Assembly (NCBI RefSeq): GCF_009914755.1
Contig: NC_060932.1
Length of the DNA: 64,000 nt
Direction: 5' to 3' (one strand)
Origin: the human T2T-CHM13v2.0 reference genome, Homo sapiens
Below the pieces are notes generated by a model. That model did no database searches, was not told where the DNA came from, and worked only from the letters and a program-made list of their open reading frames with translations. The translations under genes were made by a program, and so were the position numbers. Below are positions 42,739 through 62,743 of this stretch, piece by piece. The stretch's first letter is position 1; every line of letters starts with the position of its first letter.

Positions 42739-43092
42739 CTACCCTCTCAGCATTTCCATAGCAAATGAATGCTCAACAGGGCACACAAGCAACACCACCA
42801 CATTCAGGACTCTCCAAAGCGAATCACTATAAAATTCTCTGGAATTATGACCCTCTGCCTTCTCCAGTCCACTGATTCAAATGTTAATCTCCTTTGGCAA
42901 CACCCTCACAGACACAACCAAGAACAATACTTTGCATCCTTCAATCCAATCTAGTTGACACTCAGTATTAACCTTCACACTACCCTCTCAGCATTTCCAT
43001 AGGAAATGAATGCTCAACAGGGCACAGAAGCAACACCACCACATTCAGGACTCTCCAAAGAGAATCACTATAAAATTCTCTGGAATTATGAC
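42613..43092. repeat. 241-bp tandem duplication (2 copies)
   Basis: 42613-42853 repeated at 42854-43092 with about 8 substitutions by hand count. Confidence 0.95.
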
Positions 43093-44544
43093 GCAACCCT
43101 GTATCATGCCATCACCCTCCAGGCCTGCAGAACTCACATTTGAGCCTTCAGAATTGAGCCAAAGTCCTTCCAATAACTAGTACCTCTTACCTAACCTCCT
43201 TGTTGAGTCATCAATTACACATTCTTTATAGATGTGTGTTTTTCTTTTTTTACTTTTTTAAAAGCTTTTTAAAAATAAAGGCTCAATGAAGGCAGGGGAA
43301 GCCTCTTTCACAAATAGAAAGCCCCATTTCTAGAAGACAGAAAGTTAACACCATTTACATTATACCCTAAACATTATGAATAATGTTCTTGGTTTATTTT
43401 CTACTCCAGCTTCTTAAGTGTATCATCATAGTGGTATAGTTACAATGTCCTGAATGCTGCAGGCACCTTCTCAAAAGTGCCACCTGATAAATGCATTATT
43501 TCTACCAGATGTGCCTTTTTCTCATCAGCAGTTATGGATACTATTTTTAGCCTGGGCTGAGTTTTATCTTTCCACAGCATGGCTGTTGCTTCAGTTCCTT
43601 TCATTATACTTTGCTTCCATTTGTTTAAAAAAATAAGACTTATTTCAAAAAATTTCCAAGGATCCCTTTAGCAAATCCCAGTGCTATTTCTTCTAGTCAC
43701 CTAAACAGAACAGGCCAAAGAGTGTAGCCTTTAGACATTCTCTTAAAGGTTAGTGTTTGATTTTGAGAAAACAATATGAACTGTAATGATTTAAAGTTAA
43801 AAAAAATCCAAACCTTCTAATTATTACATATTTTTATTTTATAAAGAAAGGAATAAGTGATACATAAGGAATAAGTGATACATAAGCAATGTGAAAATAC
43901 TTAGTTTTTAGTATAAACAAAATTTATATTCTACAACAAATGTATGCTAATTTTTAAATAATGCTTTCGTTTTGTCCCATCCAAGTAAGAAATTGTAAAT
44001 AAAAAAGAATAAATGCAAATATACAATTTTTTTTCCTTTTCCTCTCCAAACTCACCCCCCAAACTTTCCTACCCTATTTGTACTTGAGCTCTGGCTATTA
44101 GGGACTCTACTGGGAGACTTTCTTGTCTTCCAACTTGCAGCTAGGCTTTGCTAAGGGGAAGAATTTGCAGGATAGATGGGGGCAAGAGGAGGCTGAGGTC
44201 TGGCTCCTTCCCTACTGGACCAGGCTCTTTCCCTGCTTCCCTACTGGTCACCTTTGATTGACTGCATGTTTCTACTGAAGGCTACAACTTCTGTTGGGCA
44301 GCTTGATTTTATAGTGACTCTTTTCACATTCTGGCATCTGATACCTTCCCTTGATCCTTTAGGTATAAGAATAACAATTCCCACTGTGCCTGGCCCTGGG
44401 TATTGCACCACCCTGACTGGCACCCTTCAATCCTACACATATTTATAAAAAGCCCCTATTTCAAATTTATCTAAGTTTCCCTATTTGATTTTTTTCCATT
44501 TATTTCCTGCTTGAGGCCCTGATTGATTCAGAAGCATTTAGCTT

Positions 44545-46970
<2,426 letters not shown>

Positions 46971-47789
46971 GTGTCATAGGTTATCTTCCCTAGGAAATAG
47001 ACTTAGAAGCAGACATTTTCATGCAGGTGGTTTTGCAGGGAGTATTCTTGTGAAAACTATTTCTAAGGGAGTAAGGGTAGCAGATTTGCAGAGAAGGAGG
47101 GAGCAGAACTGATTTCTGATATTGCCTTCAGAGATTGTCAGGACTCTGAAACTGGAATGACCCTTGAAACATGGCTTCAGTTGAGGAAAGGGGGCAGAGT
47201 GCCTTTGTATCCCAATTTTAGCCAGTCTTGGGATGTGGGCTGCCCCTAGGGATGGAGGGTAACTTTGGATAGGGTAGTTCCCTCTGGCTGAGGACAATGC
47301 TGGGAAGGAGTCAGCTGTGAGTCATCAGCAGGCAGCACTTCTGGTAATTGGGAAAATAATTCCTTCAGTACTAAAAAGAGGATCTGGGAGGCATACCACA
47401 GCATTCATTATAGCCCACCCCTTGTGCAACTGAAACCCACTCACTTCATATGATAAATTCTCACTATCTGAGGACAGCTACCCCAGGGTTTCAGATGGTC
47501 TATTTTCCTGGGGAAACCTATAAGAGGGAAATTGGTAGGGTGAACTACAGTCTCTGTTGCTAAAATTTAGCTGGTCTTGGGGCCACAACTGATACATTAT
47601 TCCCTACTACCCATTATAGACTTTGAGTGCTATCCTTTAGTGCTATCCTTGACTAGCACTTCTGTTAGTCTAGACAGCTAACTTGGGAGGTATTCAAACC
47701 CTAATCCATCGGGATTCTGAACCTCTGGTCACCATGCCCCTCATGAGCCATGACTACTCTATTTGTTGATATAGTATGAAAAGTTATCA

Positions 47790-48505
47790 AGAGAATAATA
47801 AAACAGACCCTAAGGTGATCCCCAATGATTCCTACCTTCTGATGTTTGTGCCCTTGTGACATCTCCTCCCCTAAAATGTGTGTGGCATCAATGATATACT
47901 TTTTTATTTGGGAGACAGATTCTCGCTCTGTCACCCAGGCTGGAGTGCAGTAGTGCAATGTTGGCTCACTGCAAACTCCGCATACTGGGTTCAAGGGATT
48001 CTCATGCCTCAGCCTCCCAAGTAGCTGGGATTACAGGCATATGCCACCATATCCAGCTAATTTTTGTGTTTTTAGTAGAGACGGGGTTTCACCATATTGG
48101 TCAGGCTGGTCTCAAACTCCTGGCCTCAAGTGATCTGCCACCTTGGCCTCCCAAAGTGCTGGAATTACAGGCGTGAGCCATTGCACCCGGCCGTATGAGG
48201 TACTTTTAATTAGTAGGATATGGCAAAGGTAATGGGATGTCACTCCCATGATTACATTGTGGTATATAAGGCTCTGTGTTGCTGGTAGACTTCTACTGAT
48301 CTTCTGCTAGCCTTGATAATCCAAACTTCTATATTGTGAGCCATCTATGGACACATGCCAGGGAGCTATGTGGATGGCATGTAGTAGCTGAGTGAAGCCT
48401 TTGGCTGATAAGCAAAAACAATCTGAAGCTCTCAGTCCCACATTTACAAGAAAATAAATTCTGCCAACCACCTTAGTGAGCTTTGAAGCTGATTCTTCTT
48501 TAGTC
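47790..48505 (+). mobile_element. MaLR LTR (MLT1E/F-like) split by Alu
   Basis: CCCCAATGATTCCTACCTTCTG, GCAAAGGTAATGGGATGTCACTCCCATGATTAC, AATTCTGCCAACCACCT. Confidence 0.7.
47900..48192 (-). mobile_element. Alu, AluS-type
   Basis: Reverse dimer ending CACCCGGCC; ATGA..TACTTTT TSD. Confidence 0.92.
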
Positions 48506-50656
48506 AAGGGGAGAACACTGGCCTTTAGTAAAAAGGAGTGGACCAGATCTATAGCTCTAGAATGTTCAAGAAATCTAGTCACTCAAAGTTTGACATAGTA
48601 TGAAAATGTTCAAGAAATCTAGTCACTCAAAATTTTCAAATATCTACATGTTCCCATCTCAAGGCCCAGAGTCACATTACTTCTCAGAGTCCTAGTCTTG
48701 GTGTAGTAGACTTTACAGGTTTTAGAATTCAACTGTATATGGCACTCTACTACCAACTAAGTCCTGGGCCTCACCTTCAGATTTGTCTGTTCTCCAGCTG
48801 CAGAAGATGAAAGACTCTGCATGTTGCCAAGGAAGCTTTCATTGTTCACCTTAAATTGGAGATTAACTACTGTTGGCCTTTCATTATCTTTCTACGATGC
48901 TTTAATAACCCCCAGCAACACCCATCCAATTCTATATAGTTCTATATAATTAGTACTTCCTAAATCTCTCAAATGCTTGAGACATAGTACCTGCCAGTGT
49001 ACTTTTACTATGGATATCCCATCTCAGCTTGCCACCAATGGTAGTTTTAATAATCACAGCACTGCAGCATTCTAGGGTTGTCATAACTCCACCTCCCACC
49101 AGTGATGTTGTCCTTTTTGCCAGCTTGGAGACAGATGATCCCTTTCCAAAACTGGACTTTAGAATCTGCTCTCTGGCACCACTCTTCATGCAACTGTTTA
49201 AGTCTCATTCCCTGTTGAACAGACTTGGAGGTGGAGATTTGTATGCAGGTGTTTTATAGGGCAGCAGTTGGGGCAAGAGACCTGCATGGGAGTAAAGAGG
49301 GTAGGATTAGGCACAGGAAGAGGCTGAAATGCCACATGGCTGTGACAGAACACAGCTCTTAGCTGATATTGGGAGAACAGAGCTGAGATGGCCCTTCAGA
49401 AATGTCCTTAATGGAGGCAAAAAAGTGCTGGGCTTTGTACGCCAACATCAACCAGTCATTGGATGTAAGCTTACCCTGGAGGGGAGGGGTAGGCTTGGGC
49501 AAGTTAGCTCTCTTTTGTGGATGGAAATTCCTGGGGATGACACTCAGTTGTGGGCCAGGAACAACCAACAGACTTAGCATCATACAATGAATGCCTCTGT
49601 CTGGCAGTGGGGATCTTGGTGGTGCGGTGCAGTGCAGTGAAAAGGTGGTGCTGGAGAGAATGAGGCAGCTATGAGAGAGCATGAGATTTAGATAGGTGAG
49701 AAGGAAAAAGGGAATGCGAGGATAAGGAGGGTCGTGAATTGTAGATTCAAATGATTTCAATTGACTGTTAGAGTCAGCGAATCAGAGGTAATAAGCTGGA
49801 AAAGTAAAATATGGTATTTGGAGAGTGGGATGATTATATTTGAGATTTTGCAAAACTTTGTTCTCAGGTCCTTACTTATGACCATTTATTCTAAAGATTG
49901 AATCACTCAAACATGAAGTCTCGACATATATCAAATTACTTGCCAAATGAAAGCTTTTCTACATATGCCAGTGTATAATTCTATTAGGATTGTATACATT
50001 GAAACACACCCACATCTACAATAATGAGAGTGTGAAGGCTACAGTCATTTTTGCTCCAGGGCTGGTGACAAATTCCATTGAAAAGTTTGGTGATAACTAG
50101 TTCAGCAGTTTTCAAATTATATCAGTGGAAATAAATGGTGTTTTGCATCAGAAGCAGCTATCACCATTTTTTTCCAAATCTAGTTAAAAACTGGATATTA
50201 AAACACAAGTAATCAAATATTCCGCTTTGTCTACCTGTTCTTCAAAAGCCAATTTTCTTACCTCTGGCCTATGAAATTCTTTTTATCACAATTGAAATGC
50301 AGGGGTTCCTTGACAAGGACAGTTTTGAAAAGAAAATTGAAGTTTGTAAACTTCAAATGCCAAGTAAAAGTTTGCAGGCTTTAAAACTCCAACTAGCGTA
50401 TCCTTCACCAGGAACTTCAATTTTTCACTCATTACTAGAAGAAACTTTCTAACCTTCACTAAATTTTGAAGGCTGCCAGAATAATTTAGGATGAAATGGC
50501 TACTTGCCCAGAGATAGAAGGCAATGATGTGAACTTTAATCAAAATTAGAGACTGAAAAGAATATTTGAAATATTCCTTCCCTAGAGGTAGATGTTTCCG
50601 ACATTCCAATAAACTTTTATTTTAAAAAAAATTCTGCCTCTACTTCTGCAGCTTTG

Positions 50657-50996
50657 CAGTCATGCACTGCGTAATGGTGTTTCGGCGAAGGATGGATTGC
50701 ATATAGGATGGAGGTCCCATAAGATTATAATAGCATATTTGTACTGTACCTTTTCTATGTTTAGATAGGTTCAGATACACAGATATTTACCATTTGCTCA
50801 TTTGCCTACAGCATTCAGTACAGTAACATGCTGTAAAGGTTTATAGCCTGAGATCAATAGGCTATACTATAAAGTAAGTGTGTCAGTAGGCTCTACCATC
50901 TTGGTTTGTGTAAGTGCACTCTGTGATGTTGCACGACAAAAACTGCCTAACGATGCATTTTGCAGAACATATCCCTGTCATTAAGTGACATGACTG
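50657..50996. mobile_element. Tigger3a/MER7-like TcMar MITE
   Basis: TIRs CAGTCATG...CATGACTG followed by TA; GGTCCCATAAGATTATAAT core. Confidence 0.85.
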
Positions 50997-51509
50997 TACT
51001 TGTGCAAGCACATTTGTATTTAATTGAATATAATCAGTTAAAGTCCAACTTCTTTACTTTTTTCAGAGCTTTGTGAGTGCTTTCCCTTAATACTCATGGC
51101 TGATCTTTTTATGTGTGTTGAACAAGTATTGTGTACTTCATGGACAGAGATTCACGTGGCATGACCAAGAAGAGCTGTCAATCTTACCAATGTATGTTGA
51201 ATACTAAGTGGTAAAAGAGAATTTTAAAAGAGCAGTGCAAGTAGCCAATCAGATCACTTTTGAGAGGCCTTCAAGATAGTTTTGCACTTGCCCCTCAGCA
51301 TATATGATAGAATGTTCAAAGGATATTCAGTTTTTTGAGTGGAATCAGATTAAACCAACATGCAAAATATATTTTTTATGAAAAAGATTGAGTGACACAC
51401 TAGACATAAAAAGAAACTCTACATTGATTTTGTTGTCAATTAAGAAAGACAAACTTGTATACAGTTAGGGAGCACTAAAATCTATCAAGAATATTTTCTT
51501 TATTATATT

Positions 51510-51671
51510 TAATTTTAATTTTTAGAGGCAGGATTTGGCTCTGTTGCACAGGCTGGAGTGCAGTGGATAGATGATAGCTCACTGCAGCCTTGAACTCCTG
51601 GCCTGAACTGCTCCTCCTGCCTCAGCCTCCTAAAGTGCTGGGATTATAGGCATGAACCACTTTGCCTGGCC
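51510..51671 (-). mobile_element. Alu monomer (FLAM_C-like)
   Basis: Single arm with CAGGCTGGAGTGCAGTGG and AAAGTGCTGGGATTATAGGCATGA. Confidence 0.8.
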
Positions 51672-53796
51672 TATAAAGAATATTTTCTACAGTTCCCCAG
51701 ATGAGGCTGGAATTGAGGGAAGAGTACACATGTGCTTCTATTGTATTGCTCTATTTATTTCAAAAATACCAAAAGGAAATATACTGCATAATAATAGTAT
51801 TTAACTATTATTAGTTAAATACTAATACCAACTAAAGGTTGGTGATGGCTAGATGTATACTCATTATAATATTCCTGTTTCTGTATGTTTGCGATGTTTT
51901 TTGTTTATCTGAAAGTACTTTATTTTACTTTCTTTTTTTAAGTTAAAGAAATTGTGTGTACATAGTAGGTGTATTTATAGGGTACATGAGATGTTTTGAT
52001 ACAAGCTTGCAATGTGAAATAGGCACATCATGGAGAATGGGGTATCCATCCTTTCAAGCATTTACCCTTTGAGTTACAAACAATCCATTTACACTCTTTA
52101 CATTATTTTAAAGCATACCATTAAGTTATTGGCCATAGTCACTCTCTTGTGCTATCAAATAGTAGGTCTTATTCATTATTTCTAACTATTTCATACCCAT
52201 TAACCATCCCCACCTCCCCACTATCCAGCTCTCCACTACCCTTCTCAGCGTTTGGTAACTATCCTTCTACTCTCTATGTCCATGAGTTCAATTGCTTTGA
52301 CATTTAGATCCTACAAACAAGTGAGAACATATGATGTTTGTCTTTCTATGTCTGGCTTATTTCACTTAACATAATGATCTTCAGTTCCATTTATGTTGTT
52401 GCAAATGACTGGATCTCATTTATTTATGGCTGAATACTACTCCATTATGTATATGTACCACATTTTTCTTATCCATTCATCTGTTAATGGACACATACGT
52501 TGCTTCCAAATCTTAGCTATTGTAAACGGTGCTGCAACAAACACAGGAGTGCAATTATCTCTCCAATATACTGATTTCCTTATCCTACACAGATGACCCT
52601 TCTTTTAAGTTATATACTCAGCAATGGGATTGCTAGATCACATGGTAGCTAAACTTTTAGTTTTTTGAGGGACTTTCAAACTGTTCTCCGTAGTGGTTGT
52701 ACTAATTTACATTCCTACCAAGAGTGTACAGGAGTTCCCTTTTCTCTACATCCTCGCCAGCATTTGGTATTGCCTGTTTTTTGGATAAAAGTCATTTTAA
52801 CTGGGGTGAGATGGTATCTCATTGTAATTTTGATTTGCATTTCTCTGATGATCAGTGATGTTGAGCACCTTTCATATGCCTGTTTGCCATTTGTTTGTCT
52901 TCTTATGAGAAATGTCTATGCAAATCTCTTGCCCATTTTTTGATCAGATTATTAGATTATTTCCTATAGAGTTTTTTGTTTGAGCTCCTTATATGTTCTG
53001 GTTATTAATCCCTTGTCAGATGGGTAGTTTGCAAATATTTTATCTCATCTCTGGATTGTCTTTTCACTGTGTTCATTGTATCCTTTGCTGTGCAGAAGCT
53101 TTTTAACCTGATGTGATCCCATTTGTCCATGTTTGTTTTGGTTGCCTCTACTTATGGGGTATTGCTCAAGAAATCTTTGCCCAGACCAATATCCTGGAAA
53201 TTTTTCACACTGTTTTCTTGTAGTAGTTTCATAGTTTGAGGTATTAGATTTAAGTCTTTAACCCATTTTGATTTGATTTTTGTATATGGTGACAGATAGG
53301 GGTCTAGTTTCATTCTTCTACATATGGATATCCAGTTTTCCAAGCACCATTTATTGAAAAGACTGTCTTTTCCCCTGTGTATGTTCTTGGCACCTTTGTC
53401 AAAAATGAGTTCACTGTAGGTGTGTGGGTTTGTTCCTGCATTCTTTATTCTGTTCCACTGGTCTCTGTGTCTGTTTTTATGCCAGTACCATGCTGTTTGG
53501 GTTACTATATCCCTGTAGTATAATTTGAAGTCAGGTAATGTGATTCCTCCAGTATTGTTCTTTTTGCTTAGAATAGTTTTGACTATTTTGAGTCTTTTGA
53601 GGTTTCATACATGGAACCAAAAAAAATTAGGATTGTTTTTTCTATCTCTGTAAAGAATGTCACTGGTATTTTGATAGGGATTGCATTAAATCTGTAGATT
53701 GCTTTGGGTAGTATAAGGCATTTAAAAAATATTGATTCTTCCAATCCATGAACATGCAATATTTTTCCACTTTTGGTGTCTTCTTCAATTTCTTTC

Positions 53797-58388
<4,592 letters not shown>

Positions 58389-61055
58389 CTTCAATTTCTT
58401 TCATTACTGTTTTCCAGTTTTCATGATAGAGATCTTTCACTTCTTTGGTTAAGTTAATTCCTAGATATTTAATTTTAGATTTGCTATAGTAAATTGGGTT
58501 ACTTTTTTATTTCTTTTTTACATTGTTCACTGTTGGCATACAGAAATGCTACTGATTTTTGTATGTTGATTTTGTATACTGCAACTTTACTGAATTTGCT
58601 TATCAGTTTTAATAGTTTTCTTGTGGAGTCATTAGGTTTATCCAAATATAAGATCATATTATCTGAAAACAAGGATAATTTGACCTCTTTCCAATTTGGA
58701 TCCCTTTTATATCTTTCTCTTATCTGATTGCTCTAGCTAGGACTTTCAGTACTGTGTTGAATAACAGTGATGACTGGGTATCCTTGTCATATTTCAGATC
58801 TTAGAGGAAAGGCTTTCAGTTTTTCCCCATTCAGTATGATACTAGCTATGGGTCTGTCATATTTGGCTTTTATTATGTTGAGGTATGTTCCTTCTATCCC
58901 TGGTTTTGGAGAATTTTATCATGAAGGGGTATGAAATTTACCAATAATAGTTTGGAAGTACTCTCTCCTCTATTTTTTGAAATAGTTTGAGTAGGATTGA
59001 TATTGATTCTTCTTTAAATATTCGGTAGAATTCAGCAGTGAAGCCATCAGGTCCCAGGCTTTTCTTTACTGGGAGACTTTTTATTACAGCTTTGATCTTG
59101 TTACTTGTTATTGATCTGTTCAGGTTTTGGATTTCTTTCAGGTTCAGTCATAGTAGGTTGTATGTATCTAGGAATTTGTCCATTTCTTCTAGATTTTCCA
59201 GTTTATTGGCATATAGTCTCTCAGAGTAGCCACTTGTGCTTTTTTGAATTTCTGCAATATCATTTTTAATATCTTCTTTTTCATTTCTGATTTTATTTGA
59301 ATCTTCTCTTTTTTCTTAATCTGGCTAAAGGTTGTCAATTTTGTTTAACTTTTCAAAAAACAACTTTTTGTTTCATTGATTTTTTGTATTGTTTTTTCAT
59401 TTCAATTTCACTCATTTTTGCTCTGCTCTTTATTATTTGTTTTCTTCCACTAATTTGGGGTTTGGTTTGCTCTTGACTTTCCACTTTAAGATGCATCCTT
59501 AGATTGTTCATTTGAATTACTTCCCTCTGGGCACTTCTTCTGCTGTATCCCATAGGTTTTGGTATATTGTTTCCAATATAATTTGTTTCAAAAAAATTTT
59601 CAATTTCTTTCTTAATTTCTTCATTGGACCACTGGTCATTCAGGAACATATTGTTTAATTTATATGTGCTTGTATAGTTTCCAAAATTTCTCGTTATTAA
59701 TTTCTAGTTTTATCCCATTGTGGTCAGAGAAGATGCTTAATATTATTTTAATTTTTTTGAATGTTTTAAGACTTTTTTTGTGACCTAACATAAGGTATGT
59801 ACTTGAGAATGAGCCATGCGCTGAGGAAAAGAAGGTGTATTCCACAGCTCTTGGATGAGATGTTCTGTAAATATCTATTAGATCATTTGGTCAATAGTGT
59901 AGATAAGTCTGATGTTTCTTTATTGATCTTCTGTCAGGAAGATCTGTCCAATGCTGAAAGTGGGGTGTTAAAGTCACCAACTATGATTGTATTGGGGCCT
60001 ATATGTTTCTTTAGCTCTAATAATATTTTCTTTATATATCTGGATGCTCCAGTGTTGGGTACATATATATTTAAAATTGCTATATTCTCTTATTCAATTA
60101 ATCTCTTTATCATTATAGAGTTACCTTTTTGTTTCTTCTTATAGTTTTTGTCTTGAAATCGATTTTGTCTGACATAAGTATAGTATTCTTGCTCTTGTTT
60201 GGTTTCCATTGGCATGGAGTATCTTTTTCCATCCCTTTATTTCAAGTCTATGTGTTCTTTATAGGTAAAGTGTGATTCTTGTAGGTAACACACAAATGGG
60301 TCTTGTTTTTTCATCCATACATCCAGTCTATGAATTTTGAGTGAAGAGTTTAGTGCATTTACATTCAATGTTATTATTGATAAGTAAGGACTTACTTCTG
60401 CCATTTTGTCATTTGTTTTCTGGTTATTTTGTGGCCTTCTCATCCTTCTTTGTTTCTGTCTTTCTCTAGTGAAGACGGTTTTCTCTGGTGATATCATTTA
60501 GTTTCCTGCTTTTTATTTTTTGTGTGTTTATTGTATGCTTTTTGGTTTGAGGTTACCATGAGGCTTGGAAATACTACGTTAAAACCTATCATTTTAACCT
60601 GGTCACAACCTAATACTATTTTCATAAACAAACAAACAAGCAAAAAGAAAACCAATAAAAACTCAACTTTATTTCCCCACTTTTAAATTTTTTGTTGTTT
60701 TAATTTGTATCTTATTGTACTATGTCATGAATAGTGGTAGGTATTTTTGACTGTTTCGTTATTTAGTCTTTTTTCTTAGTGTAAGAGTAGTTTACACCCT
60801 ACAGTTATGATATCATAATAATAACTTTTGTTTTACTGTGTACTTACTGTTACCAGTGCATTTTCTACCTTCAGGTAATTATTTATTGCTCATTAATATC
60901 CTTTTCTTTCTGATTGAAGCACTCTCTTTAGTATTTCTTGTAGCATGGGTGTAGTATTGATGAAATCCCTCAGCTTTGTTTGTCTGGGAAAAATCTTTAT
61001 TTCTCTTTCATGTTTGATGGATGTTTTTGTCAGATATACTATTCTAGTGTAAAAG

Positions 61056-61081
61056 TTTGTTGTTGTTGTTGTTGTTGTTGT
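61056..61081. repeat. (TTG)n microsatellite
   Basis: About 8 TTG units. Confidence 0.9.
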
Positions 61082-61589
61082 TTTCAGCACTTTAAATATG
61101 TCATGCCATTCTCTCCTGGCCTATAAGGTTTCCACTGAAAAGTCTGTTGCCAGATGTATTGGAACCTCATTGAATGTTATTTGTTTATTTTGCTGCTTTC
61201 ATGGTCCTTTCTTTATTCTTGACCTTTGGGAGTTCGATTATTCAATTTCATGAGGTAGTCTTTGGGTTAAATCTGCTTGGTGTTCTATAACCTTCTCGTA
61301 CTTGGATATTAGTATCTTTCTCTAGATTTGTGAAGTTCTCTGTTATTATCCCTTTGAGTAAACTTTCTACCCTATCTCCCTCTCTAAGTCCATTAAGTCT
61401 TAGATTTGCCCTTTTGAGGCTATTTTCTAGATCCTGTAGCGTGCTTCCTTGTTTTTTACTCTTTTTTCTTTTGTCTCCTCTGACTATTTCAAATAGCATG
61501 TCTTCAAACTCACTAATTCTTTCTTCTGCTTGATCCATTCTGCTATTAAAGGACTCTGATACATTCTTCGGTATGTGTGTTGCATTGTT

Positions 61590-62734
61590 TTAAAATTATA
61601 CTTTAAGTTCTGGGATACATGTGCAGAATATGCAGGTTTGTTACATAGATAGACACATGCCATGGTGGTTTGCTGCACCCATCAACACATCATCTACATT
61701 AGGTATTTCTCCTAATGCTATCCCTCCCTTAGCCTTCCACCCACTGACAGGCCCCATTGTGTGATGTTCCCCTCCCTGTATCCTATGTTATCATTGTTCA
61801 ACTCCCACTTATGAGTGAAAACATGCAGTGTTTGGTTTTCTGTTTTTGTGTTAGTTTGCTGAGAGTGATGGTTTCCAGTTTCATCCATGTCCCTGCAAAG
61901 GACATGAACTCATCTTTTTATGGTTGCACAGTATTCCATGGTGTGTATGTGCTACGCTTCCTTTATCCAGTCTATCATTGATGGGCATTTGGGTTTGTTT
62001 TAACTCTTTGCTATTGTGAACAGTGCTGCAATAAACATATGTGTGCATGTGTCTGTATAGTAGAATGATTTATAATCCTTTTGGTATATATCCAGTAATG
62101 GGATTGCTGGGTCAAATGGTATTTCCGGTTCTAGATCCTTGAGGAATTGCAGTACTGTCTTCCACAATGGTTGAACTAATTTGCATTTTCACCAACAGTA
62201 TAAAAGCCTTCCTATTTCTCCACATCCTCTCCAGCATCTGTTGTTTCCTGACTTTTTAATGATTGCCATTCTAACTGGCATGAGATGGTATCTCACTGTG
62301 GTTTTGATTTGCATTTCTCTAATGACCAGTGATGATGAGCTTTTTTTCATATGCTTTTTGGCCGCATAAATATCTTTTTTTGAGAAATGTCTGTTCATAT
62401 CCTTCAATCACTTTTTGATGTTTTTTTTTCTTGTAAATTTGTTTAAGTACCTTGTAGATTCTGGATGTTAGCCCTTTGTCAGATGGGTAGGTCGCAAAAT
62501 TTTTCTCCCATTCTGTAGGTTGCCTGTTCACTTGGATGATGGTTTATTTTGCTGTGTAAAAGCTCTTTAGTTCAATTAGATACCATTTGTCAATTTTAAC
62601 TTTTGTTGCCATTGCTTTTGGTGTTTTAGTAATGAAGTCTTTGCCTGTGCCTGTGTCCTGAATGGTATTGCCTACGTTTTCTTCTAGGATTTTCATGGTT
62701 TCAGGCCTTGTGTTTAATTCTGTAATCCATCTTG
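61590..62734 (-). mobile_element. L1PA7/8-like 3' segment
   Basis: TTATACTTTAAGTTCTGGGATACATGTGCAGAA 3'UTR; ORF2 C-terminus [14 protein letters not shown]. Confidence 0.9.
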
Positions 62735-62743
62735 TGGTAAGCC

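Larger units (their letters stand above)
46971..49640 (-). mobile_element. Ancient ERVL (LTR16/HERV16-like) two-LTR remnant with deleted interior
   Basis: Two diverged homologous LTRs (46971-47412, 49195-~49640); minus-strand PPT AAGGGGTGGGC abutting 47412. Confidence 0.6.
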
